Below are positions 34,155 to 42,073 of a stretch of 44,312 nt of DNA, piece after piece. This stretch comes from a virus: IMG/VR virus record IMGVR_UViG_3300031087_000005, positions 1 through 44,312 of that record. The stretch is one strand, 5' to 3'. Every line of letters starts with the position of its first letter. Position 1 is the stretch's first letter. The position numbers and the translations under genes are program-made. Below the pieces are notes generated by a model, which saw nothing but the letters and a program-made list of their open reading frames with translations, did not search any database and was not told the origin of the DNA.

Positions 34155-34631
34155 ATGACTATTAAAATCGAAATCGAAGCAGCAAACGCCGAAGAACTGA
34201 AAGTTAAGCTGCTGACTATGGCCGACCTGTTCCGTATGGGCGCTAACGTTCAAGCCGGTGTTGAAGCGGCTAAAGCTGCGGGCTCCACGAAGTCTGTAAC
34301 CAAAGTCGAAGCGGCTGACCCTGAGCCGGAAGAAGTTGAAGAAAAAACCCCGGCTAAAGGTAAGAAAGCTGATAAGCCAGCTGCAGCCCCGGCCAAAGGT
34401 AAGAAACCGACGGGCCCGTCCGAAGAAACCCTTCGCGAGTACGTCGGCACCCTGGCTGCTTACCTGTTGAACGATCCGGAAGAAGCGCCGAAGCTCGATG
34501 AGCTGTTGGAAAATGGCGGGGCTGCTGACCTCGAAGCCGTAGAAGCTGACGACCTGCTGCAGTTCGCCAAAGACCTGTATGAAGTAGTGGACAGCGTCTT
34601 TGATGACGTGCCTAAAGTTCCGGCCAAATAA
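34155..34631 (+). CDS. Highly acidic hypothetical protein with a central K/A/P-rich linker
   Basis: 158 aa; own promoter, conserved leader and own terminator. The C-terminal ~70 aa carry about 19 D/E versus 5 K/R. Confidence 0.7.
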   Translation: MTIKIEIEAANAEELKVKLLTMADLFRMGANVQAGVEAAKAAGSTKSVTKVEAADPEPEEVEEKTPAKGKKADKPAAAPAKGKKPTGPSEETLREYVGTLAAYLLNDPEEAPKLDELLENGGAADLEAVEADDLLQFAKDLYEVVDSVFDDVPKVPAK

Positions 34632-34649
34632 GCCGGGCAGTAATATCAG

Positions 34650-34676
34650 AGCCCGCCGCGTGCGGGCTTTTTATTT
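34650..34676 (+). terminator. Rho-independent terminator
   Basis: AGCCCGC-cgcgt-GCGGGCT followed by TTTTATTT. Confidence 0.75.
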
Positions 34677-34685
34677 AGGTGGCGT

Positions 34686-35723
34686 ATGAATTTCTATAAC
34701 GAGTGGGACAAAGGCGCGGCTGCCTGGCTGCGGGAATTAATCAAAGCGGGGCACATCCCGCCAGGAATAGTAGATGAACGATCCATCACCGAAATTAAAA
34801 AAGAAGATCTTGCCGGGTTCACCCAGTGTCATTTCTTCTGCGGGATTGGAGGCTGGCCACTCGCACTCAGGCTCGCCGGTATCCCTGAAGAAACGCCACT
34901 GTGGACCGGAAGCCCTCCCTGCCAGCCGTTCAGCGTTGCAGGTAAACAACTCGGGCAACTTGACGAGCGACACCTCGCGCCAGCCTTTATGCGGCTCGTT
35001 GACCAGTGCCGCCCTGCAATCCTGTTTGGCGAGCAGGTTGCGGCAGCAATTGGAAAACACTGGCTCGATGATTTATTCACTGAGCTGGAAAGACAAGGCT
35101 ACGCCTGCGGGGCGGCCGTACTGCCAGCGGCAAGCGTCGGTGCCCCGCACAAACGCGATCGACTCTTCTTTGGTGCGCACAAACTGGCAAACCCCCACAG
35201 TCACATGCATTCACGAACGGTCGAAAGAAGCCACGCAGAGGCGGAAAGAATTCAGGGCATCAATAGGACGAGATTCTCTGGCTCCGGGAAACCTAGCGGA
35301 ACAGGCCAGTCTTTATCTGGCAACCTGGCCGACACCAACGACGCGGGATCACAAGGACGGGGCGGAGTGCCTGAATGTTCCTACCAACAGCCTGCTGGGG
35401 CGGGTGGTGTGGCAGGCAAACTGGCCGACGCCGTGCGCGAACAATTCGACCGGGGCGGGGCATCAGGGCCGGGACGGCGGGCACAACCTACAGACGGCGG
35501 TATCTCTGACGCAGCCAATACGCATAACGGCTTCTGGTCAGATGCTGACTGGCTCGGGTGCCGGGATGGAAAGTTCCGGCCAGTTAGACCCGGCACATTC
35601 CCGCTGGCTAATGGGATTCCCGCCAGAGTGGGACGGCTGCGCGGTTATGGCAATGCCATCGTCCCGCAAGTCGCAGCAGAATTTATCAAAGCCTTTACAG
35701 GAGCAATCAACGATGTTAACTAA
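34686..35723 (+). CDS. DNA (cytosine-5) methyltransferase (frame-0 reading; see findings for the frame anomaly)
   Basis: Motifs I FFCGIGG, IV SPPCQPFS, VI LFGEQV, VIII GAPHKRDRLFF, and X YGNAIVPQVA at the C-terminus. Confidence 0.75.
   Translation: MNFYNEWDKGAAAWLRELIKAGHIPPGIVDERSITEIKKEDLAGFTQCHFFCGIGGWPLALRLAGIPEETPLWTGSPPCQPFSVAGKQLGQLDERHLAPAFMRLVDQCRPAILFGEQVAAAIGKHWLDDLFTELERQGYACGAAVLPAASVGAPHKRDRLFFGAHKLANPHSHMHSRTVERSHAEAERIQGINRTRFSGSGKPSGTGQSLSGNLADTNDAGSQGRGGVPECSYQQPAGAGGVAGKLADAVREQFDRGGASGPGRRAQPTDGGISDAANTHNGFWSDADWLGCRDGKFRPVRPGTFPLANGIPARVGRLRGYGNAIVPQVAAEFIKAFTGAINDVN
34774..35712 (+). other. Stop-free +1 frame (313 codons) overlapping the methyltransferase gene and contiguous with the nuclease ORF
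   Basis: ORF-track ORF 34774..37107. This part encodes WQTP/WPTP/WPTP repeats and SRWLMGFPPEWD. Confidence 0.4.
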
Positions 35724-37107
35724 AAAGAAAAAAGCCGCACCAGCAGTACTGGTAAAGAAAAAAGCGCCGCCTGCTGCAGTCGCCGCGCCAGTCAAGAAAA
35801 AGAAAATAGCGCCCGCAGAGATTATCCCTGTCGTGAACGTGGCGCCAGGCCACGCGCTGCTGTCTCCGTCATACAGCAAAACCTGGCTGGCATGTGCTGC
35901 GGCACTTGCGGCAGGGCTCGATGAGCCGAACGTCAGCGGTGCGGCGGCGATAGAGGGGACGCTGTGTCATCAGGTGCTGGAGAATGTGATCAACCGGCTT
36001 ATTGATCCGCAATGCAAGCTCGACGTTAAGCTACCGGCCTGGGCGCAGATAATGAAGCCAGGTGAAGATAACCAGCGAACACCTAAGCAGATGGGGAGTG
36101 ATCGCTATCAGGGACAATCCCCCGTTGACTATATCGGCACCTGCCCGCTTCCGGATCATCCGAAGATGCAGTTCACTGCTGACCAGGCGAAACTGATCAC
36201 GCCGTTCGTTAACTACATTCGTGGCCTGATGGATGCCGGCTATACCGTGTTCCCGGAAATGCGGGTCAACCTGTCAGAAGTCCTGGGCGCTGCGAACACC
36301 TTCGGGACCGCCGACCTTATCGCATTCAAAGACGATCATCTGATTGTCGGCGATCTGAAGATGGGCCGCCATGCTGTATCACCGGGCACGCTGGACGACC
36401 TGAATACCCAGATGGGACTTTATGGAGCGGGCGTGCTGCACCGGTACCGTAAAACGAAAAACTTCCAGCAGGTGACGCTGCTGATCGCCCAGCCCCGCGC
36501 GGGTGGCCTCAAGTTCCTGGAGGATATCCCTGCTACTGCGCTGGCGGACTTTGGCAACTACGCCCGCGATCGCGCTGCTGACGCGCTGGCCTGCGTCAGC
36601 AAAGGTAAGAAGAAACTCGTCGCCGGGGATTTCAATCCGACGCCGGGCGGGTGCCAGTGGTGCCGGTTCCGCGATAAGTGCAGCGCGAAGCTGAAAGCGT
36701 CAACAGGCATTGATGAGCCGTCAGGCAATGAGATCAGCGATGAAGAGCTGTTTGCGGCTTATGAGAAGTTGCCACTGCTGGAATCGCAGATAGCTTCGAC
36801 CCGCGCTGAAGTGCTTAAGCGGCTGCTGGCAGGGCGTAAGATTGGCGGCCTTAAAGTGGTACAGGGAAAACCCGGTAACCGTAAGTGGGGAGATGAGCGC
36901 GCCGCAGAAGCCTATCTTCTGGGCAAACTGTTCGCCAAAGCCTATGAGAAAAAAGTGCTCAGCCCGACCGCCGCCGCTAAACTCCTGCCGGATGATCCCG
37001 AGCTGGAGAAGCTGATTGTGCGGCCTGAAGGTAAGCCGTCTATTGCCCAGGGCGAAGACCGCCGCGAACAGTACGGAAAAATTGAAGATAGTGATTTAGA
37101 TGATTGA
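35713..37107 (+). CDS. PD-(D/E)XK Cas4-like nuclease (DUF2800-type)
   Basis: ATG 35713 overlaps the methylase stop by 11 nt. 'GHALLSPSYSKTWLAC', 'GDLKMGRH' and C-terminal CQWCRFRDKC form a Cas4-like 4-Cys pattern. N-terminal K/A/P-rich tail. Confidence 0.8.
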   Translation: MLTKKKKAAPAVLVKKKAPPAAVAAPVKKKKIAPAEIIPVVNVAPGHALLSPSYSKTWLACAAALAAGLDEPNVSGAAAIEGTLCHQVLENVINRLIDPQCKLDVKLPAWAQIMKPGEDNQRTPKQMGSDRYQGQSPVDYIGTCPLPDHPKMQFTADQAKLITPFVNYIRGLMDAGYTVFPEMRVNLSEVLGAANTFGTADLIAFKDDHLIVGDLKMGRHAVSPGTLDDLNTQMGLYGAGVLHRYRKTKNFQQVTLLIAQPRAGGLKFLEDIPATALADFGNYARDRAADALACVSKGKKKLVAGDFNPTPGGCQWCRFRDKCSAKLKASTGIDEPSGNEISDEELFAAYEKLPLLESQIASTRAEVLKRLLAGRKIGGLKVVQGKPGNRKWGDERAAEAYLLGKLFAKAYEKKVLSPTAAAKLLPDDPELEKLIVRPEGKPSIAQGEDRREQYGKIEDSDLDD

Positions 37108-37132
37108 CAGGCGATTTTATCGCTGATAATAT
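37104..37132 (+). promoter_or_regulatory. Consensus-like promoter with operator (TTATCgCTGATAA)
   Basis: TTGACA-17-TAATAT with TGn; the -35 overlaps the nuclease stop codon; palindrome at 37117-37129. Confidence 0.75.
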
Positions 37133-37198
37133 TCGCACTAAGTCGCCGGGGACTATATCCCGGAACCATGAAACCCTAACTCCCAGAGACCTTAAATC

Positions 37199-37840
37199 AT
37201 GAAAGTAAATATTAAAAACGTCCGTGCACTCTACCCCTTCCTGTTCTCTAAAGACCAGCCGAAGAAAGCCGATCAGGATCCGAAGTATCGCGTCACTCTG
37301 ACGATGGAAGAAGACCATCCAGGCGTTGAACAGATCCGTGAAGCAGCGCTGGAAGTTCTGACCGCTAAAGTCGGCGCGGATGCCGCTGAACGCTGGATGA
37401 AGAATAACTTCGGTGTCGATAAGAAAACCGGCGTTCTTCACTGGGGCGACAAGCGCGACGAGCCGTCCGAAGACTTCGACGCTACCCGTTACTTCACCGC
37501 TAAAAGCGACAGCCAGCCGGTTATACAGACCTCACTGGGTGCGAAGCAGAAGCGAGAAGGAATGGTTCGCGATGAAGACGGCGACGATATCGAGCTTGAT
37601 CGCGATGAGCACGGCAAACAGATTTATGCTGGCTGCTTCGTCAATGCCTCTATAAATGTCGTAGCCTGGAAGAACGACAACGGTACCGGCGTCTCCACCT
37701 ACCTGCTGGGCATTAAGTTCCGTAAAGACGGTGACGAGCAGCAGCTGGGCGAAACCGTTGGCGACGACGATCTCGACGATGACGACGAAGATGTCGCACC
37801 GCCGAAGAAAGTTGCCGCACCGGCCAAAAAGAAAAAGTAA
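37199..37840 (+). CDS. ssDNA-binding-type protein (DUF2815-like)
   Basis: 213 aa. 'MKVNIKNVRALYPFLFSKDQP...KYRVTL' is the typical N-terminus. Acidic stretch DDDLDDDDED, then PPKKVAAPAKKKK. Confidence 0.7.
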   Translation: MKVNIKNVRALYPFLFSKDQPKKADQDPKYRVTLTMEEDHPGVEQIREAALEVLTAKVGADAAERWMKNNFGVDKKTGVLHWGDKRDEPSEDFDATRYFTAKSDSQPVIQTSLGAKQKREGMVRDEDGDDIELDRDEHGKQIYAGCFVNASINVVAWKNDNGTGVSTYLLGIKFRKDGDEQQLGETVGDDDLDDDDEDVAPPKKVAAPAKKKK

Positions 37841-37847
37841 GTCAACT

Positions 37848-37870
37848 GGCCGGGGGTTCCCGGCCTTTTT
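37848..37870 (+). terminator. Rho-independent terminator
   Basis: GGCCGGG-ggtt-CCCGGCC followed by TTTTT. Confidence 0.75.
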
Positions 37871-37885
37871 CATTTGGGGCTTGCT

Positions 37886-40111
37886 ATGCCAGATATCCTT
37901 TACAAAGACTATGAAACCCGGAGCCGACTCGATTTGAAACGCGTCGGCTCTTTCCGCTATGCGGAAGAATGCGAAATCATCCTGACGTGCGCCGCGCTGA
38001 ATCAGGACAAGCCGACTATCGTATCTGACCTTGAAGGCGAGCCGCGCCCAAAATGGCTGCTGGAAGCACTGGAGGAAGCAGAGCACGGCAGCGACGTGAT
38101 TATCGTTGGCTCTAACTGGCTGCACTTTGACCGCGAAGTCATGCTTCACCAGGAACGCCGTGATATCCCTGTTCGGAATGTCCGCGATCTTATGATGCTA
38201 GGTTATCGCCACGGTATGCCGGGAAGCCTTGATATGCTGTGCGAAGCGATGGGGGTACCGGAAGAACTGGCGAAATCTTCCAGTGATTACCGTTTCTCAA
38301 AACCGCTGGCGCCGAAGCGGGCAAAAGAGCTGGGAAGTGATTTCCTGCTGCCTCAGCACGATCCAGTTAAATGGGCAGAGTTCCGCGACGATTACTCCTG
38401 GCGTGACATTGCAGCGATGCAGTGGATTTACCCGCGGCTGCCGACGTGGGGAAACACCGAAATTGAAGATGTGATCCTTGAAATAGATATGCAGGGACAG
38501 CGCCACGGCCTGCTGATTGACCGGGAACTAGCGGCGGCGGCCGACCGGGCGAATAAAGAAATGGTCGCGGCTCTGAAGGCGGACGCCCTGGCCAGGTACG
38601 GCGTTAACCCGGCGTCGCCGCAGAAGTGGATGGCGCTGGTTCGTGACGCGGCACCTGGCTTCCATATCCCTAACGGCCAGAAAGGTACGGTTAAAGAGTT
38701 ACTGGACGACCCGGAGTTTCCGGCAGAGGCGGCAGAACTGCTGCGCATCTACGGCATAGCCATGGGCAAGGCGGCATCAAAATATGCTGTCATGCTGGAC
38801 GCCAGCTGTCGCGACGGGCGCGTCCGCGGAACGACGGTATACTTCGGGGCCTACAGGTCAGGGCGCGATGCAGGGCGCCTGATCCAGACCCAGAACCTCG
38901 CCTCACGCGGCATCTATGGCGGCGCAGTCCTGGAGGCTGGGGTGATAGCCCTGAAGCGCGGAACCTATAAACGTGCGTTCAATGTGCCAAAGCTGCTGGC
39001 AAGTGCCGTGCGGCCGTGCATCGTAGCGGCACCAGGTAAAAAGCTGGTCGTTGCGGACTTCAGCCAGATTGAAGCGCGGTTTGTTTCATGGCTGGCTGGC
39101 GAAGAAGTCAACCTTAAAGTTTTCAGGGATTACGACGCCTCGCCCCTTGACGAAAAAGGCGAACACACCGGCGACGATATCTACAAAATAACCGCCGCAG
39201 GGATGTTTGGCATCCCTGCCTCTGCCGTCTCGAAGCCGCAGCGCGCCGTGGGTAAAGTATCCGTGCTGGCGCTGGGCTATGCCGGCGGGGTAGGTGCGTA
39301 CGTCAGCATGTCCAAAAACTACGGGATGGATCTGGATAAGCTTGCGGATACGGTAACTCCGGAGTTGCCTGAGTGGGCGCTGGCCAAAGCTACGTCGTCA
39401 TGGGAATGGCATAAGATAATGAAAATCAGCCGTCACGGGCTGCGTAAAGAAACCTGGGTAGCTATCCAGGCTATCGTTAAAATGTGGCGTAAGGCTAACA
39501 GTAAAATCGAACAGCTCTGGCACGACTGCGAAACTGCCAGTATTAACGCCGTTCGTAACCCGGGGATGGTATTCAGCGCCGGCGCTAAAGTGCGTGCTGA
39601 CGGCGGGCAGGCGCTGCGCTTCTGGCGCACCCAGACCGCGAAAGGTAAGCCCGGCCGCTACCTCTGCATCGAACTCCCGAGCGGTCGTGTAATGAGCTAC
39701 CGTGACCCGAAACTGAAGGAAGAGATCGACGACGAAGGGAAATCAAAAGGCGTTACGCTGTATTACAAAGGCAAAGCCGGCGGTAAAGAAATTGCCATTG
39801 CCAAAGCTAAAGGCAAGCCGCTGACCGACCGCCAGAAAAAATGGATGGATGTATCCACGTTCGGCGGGAAGATCGTGGAAAACGTCACGCAGGCGGGCAG
39901 CCGTGACAGGCTGATGCATACCATGCCGCCGCTGGCCAAAGCGGGCTATTTGTTAAGCCTGAAAGTGCATGACGAAGGGGTCGCGGAAGTGCCGGACACT
40001 GATGAATATACAGTTGAAGAAATGTGCAGGATCATGGGTGAGTCAGTGGGCTGGGATCCGGGGTTACCGGTCAGCGCCGCGGGCTTCCAGACTTACTCTT
40101 ATCAGAAGTGA
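37886..40111 (+). CDS. Family A DNA polymerase with 3'-5' exonuclease domain
   Basis: Exo I 'KDYETRS'. Pol motifs A 'VADFSQIEARF', B 'RAVGKVSVLALGYAGG', C 'KVHDEG'. ORF-track start 37874 is TTG; ATG is at 37886. Confidence 0.9.
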   Translation: MPDILYKDYETRSRLDLKRVGSFRYAEECEIILTCAALNQDKPTIVSDLEGEPRPKWLLEALEEAEHGSDVIIVGSNWLHFDREVMLHQERRDIPVRNVRDLMMLGYRHGMPGSLDMLCEAMGVPEELAKSSSDYRFSKPLAPKRAKELGSDFLLPQHDPVKWAEFRDDYSWRDIAAMQWIYPRLPTWGNTEIEDVILEIDMQGQRHGLLIDRELAAAADRANKEMVAALKADALARYGVNPASPQKWMALVRDAAPGFHIPNGQKGTVKELLDDPEFPAEAAELLRIYGIAMGKAASKYAVMLDASCRDGRVRGTTVYFGAYRSGRDAGRLIQTQNLASRGIYGGAVLEAGVIALKRGTYKRAFNVPKLLASAVRPCIVAAPGKKLVVADFSQIEARFVSWLAGEEVNLKVFRDYDASPLDEKGEHTGDDIYKITAAGMFGIPASAVSKPQRAVGKVSVLALGYAGGVGAYVSMSKNYGMDLDKLADTVTPELPEWALAKATSSWEWHKIMKISRHGLRKETWVAIQAIVKMWRKANSKIEQLWHDCETASINAVRNPGMVFSAGAKVRADGGQALRFWRTQTAKGKPGRYLCIELPSGRVMSYRDPKLKEEIDDEGKSKGVTLYYKGKAGGKEIAIAKAKGKPLTDRQKKWMDVSTFGGKIVENVTQAGSRDRLMHTMPPLAKAGYLLSLKVHDEGVAEVPDTDEYTVEEMCRIMGESVGWDPGLPVSAAGFQTYSYQK

Positions 40112-40114
40112 CAT

Positions 40115-40417
40115 ATGGCCTATCAACGTGAAGTGGGGCGCGGTGGCGTCGAAGACTATTTTGTTAAAGCGGCACGCAAGGCTAAGTGCCTCGTCCGTAA
40201 ATTGCTATGGGGGTGCCGTAACGGCGCGCCTGACCGGCTCCTGATATTCCCTGACGGACGACTGTTCTTTGTTGAACTGAAGTCGCCAGGTAAAGAGGCG
40301 GAACCTCACCAGTTGCGGGAACATGCCCGGCTTATGGGGTACGGCCAGCGCGTCTATACGATCGACACGAAAGCGAAAATTAACGCCTTCTTTGAGGAAT
40401 TCACTGATGCCGGATAA
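40115..40417 (+). CDS. VRR-NUC domain nuclease
   Basis: 100 aa; 'GAPDRLLIFPDGRLFFVELKSPG...Q' has the PD-ExK core. Confidence 0.75.
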   Translation: MAYQREVGRGGVEDYFVKAARKAKCLVRKLLWGCRNGAPDRLLIFPDGRLFFVELKSPGKEAEPHQLREHARLMGYGQRVYTIDTKAKINAFFEEFTDAG

Positions 40418-41810
40418 ATGGAAGCCCAGGCCACACCAGGTGCCTATGATGCAGTTCCTGCTGAACCATCCGCGCGGCAACCTGTTCGCTGGCATGGGGG
40501 CAGGGAAGAGCTCTGCCATACTGCAGCTGATAGACTGGCTGAGAATGGCTAACAGGCTTCGCGGGCGCGCGCTTATCATAACGCCGCTGCGCGTGGCAGA
40601 AATGACCTTTCCCGAAGAAGTCGAAAAATTCAGTTTTCCTCGCGTAAAAATGTCGCTGGTACTGGGAAAACCTGCGGAGCGCCTGGCAGCGCTTTATGAC
40701 AGCAAAGCAAACACCTTTGTGGTCAACTGGGATAACCTGCAATGGCTAGAAGAGGCTCTGGGCGACAGTTTCGCCACCTTCTTCGATATGGTCGTCTGTG
40801 ATGAGTCAACAAAGCTCGCCGGGTATCGGACTCGCAATGGCAGCAAACGTGCTGCCGTACTGGCCCGCATCGCGCACAAAGTCCCTTACTGGTACAACAT
40901 GACAGGAACTCCGGGGGCAGGCGGCCTGCTGTCGCTCTGGGGCCAGCACTGGTTCATTGATGGAGGCAAGGCGCTGGGCACATCCTTCAAGTCGTATCAG
41001 AGAAGGTTTTTTCTTCAGGAATACCGGGAAGGCAATGATCGTCCGGTATGGGTTCCGAGTCGCCTGGCAGACAAGGAGATACGTGAAAGGATGGGAAAGC
41101 TATCAGTCTATATCGACCCTGCGGAATGGTTCGGTACCGATACGCCGGTTATCAATGACGTAGAAATCCGGCTGCCGGCTAAAGCCCAGAAAATTTACGA
41201 TCAGGTGGAAGCCGAACTGTTTGCCGAACTGGAGTCCGGGGATATCGAGGCGCATAACGCCGCGGGGCGTTCGAATAAGTGTCTTCAGATTGCGGGCGGC
41301 GCGTGCTACCTGACCGACGCTAACGGCGATCCTATGGATGCATGGGAGGAAATCCATACCGCGAAGCTGGACGCGTTGGAACAGATAATCGAAGAGGCCA
41401 ACGGTGAAGCGGTACTGGTCGCCTATAACTTCAAGCACGAAAAAGAACGCATCCTGAAACGTTTCAAACAGGCCCGGGAACTGGATAAACAGGCCGTCAG
41501 CGACTGGAACAAGGGAAAAGTATCCCTGATGGTTGCACATCCCGCCAGCGCGGGCCACGGGCTTAATCTGCAGGATGGCGGCCGGACGATGGTCTACTAC
41601 TCAACTGGATGGAATCTGGAGCACACGTTGCAGATCCTGGAGCGTATCGGGCCTGTCCGTCAGATGCAGGCCGGGCACCCGCGCACCGTGTTCGTTCATC
41701 GCATTATCGCCCGCGGCACGGTAGACAGCGTGGTCATGCGCCGCGCCGACGGCAAGCGCGGGGTAATGCAATCCCTGCTTGATTACTGGCGACATAAAAA
41801 AGACGCTTGA
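40407..41810 (+). CDS. SNF2-family helicase/ATPase
   Basis: ATG 40407 (MPDKWKPRPHQ). 'GMGAGKS' Walker A, 'VCDESTKL' DExx box, helicase-C 'HPASAGHGLNLQDGG'. Confidence 0.85.
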   Translation: MPDKWKPRPHQVPMMQFLLNHPRGNLFAGMGAGKSSAILQLIDWLRMANRLRGRALIITPLRVAEMTFPEEVEKFSFPRVKMSLVLGKPAERLAALYDSKANTFVVNWDNLQWLEEALGDSFATFFDMVVCDESTKLAGYRTRNGSKRAAVLARIAHKVPYWYNMTGTPGAGGLLSLWGQHWFIDGGKALGTSFKSYQRRFFLQEYREGNDRPVWVPSRLADKEIRERMGKLSVYIDPAEWFGTDTPVINDVEIRLPAKAQKIYDQVEAELFAELESGDIEAHNAAGRSNKCLQIAGGACYLTDANGDPMDAWEEIHTAKLDALEQIIEEANGEAVLVAYNFKHEKERILKRFKQARELDKQAVSDWNKGKVSLMVAHPASAGHGLNLQDGGRTMVYYSTGWNLEHTLQILERIGPVRQMQAGHPRTVFVHRIIARGTVDSVVMRRADGKRGVMQSLLDYWRHKKDA

Positions 41811-41835
41811 TTTTCGATTTTATCACTGATAATAT
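41807..41835 (+). promoter_or_regulatory. Promoter with perfect TTATCACTGATAA operator
   Basis: TTGATT-17-TAATAT with TGn; the -35 overlaps the SNF2 stop codon; palindrome at 41820-41832. Confidence 0.7.
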
Positions 41836-41846
41836 ATTTCTATCCC

Positions 41847-41870
41847 GCCCGGTTCGCCGGGCTTTTTCTT
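41847..41870 (+). terminator. Terminator-like hairpin located just downstream of the 41807 promoter
   Basis: GCCCGG-ttcg-CCGGGC followed by TTTTTCTT; begins about 5 nt after the predicted start site. Confidence 0.6.
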
Positions 41871-41881
41871 AAGGAAGTAAA

Positions 41882-42073
41882 ATGCGTGAACTGCTGGAGA
41901 ATATCGACCGCTGCCTGACTAAGACTGAAAAGCAGTTGGTAAAGCTGGAACCGCTGGTAGAAGAATTTGAGCAGGGATTACGTCAGCTTTCCGGGCCCGA
42001 GCAGTTGCAATATCGTGAACTGGCAAAGTCAATCGAAAACCGCACGGCGCATATCCGAAAACTTTTATCCTGA
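41882..42073 (+). CDS. Hypothetical coiled-coil protein
   Basis: 63-aa ORF with AAGGAAG SD. Confidence 0.55.
   Translation: MRELLENIDRCLTKTEKQLVKLEPLVEEFEQGLRQLSGPEQLQYRELAKSIENRTAHIRKLLS

Noticed and set aside
34618-34646. TAATAT at 34641-46 as a promoter for the methylase gene
   Set aside because: The -35 position reads TTCCGG, and there is no TGn and no palindrome. The predicted start would fall inside the terminator stem. It was kept only as a remote possibility.
37532-38149. 205-aa minus-strand ORF
   Set aside because: It spans the SSB-like gene, its terminator and the PolA start on the opposite strand, and has no signals.
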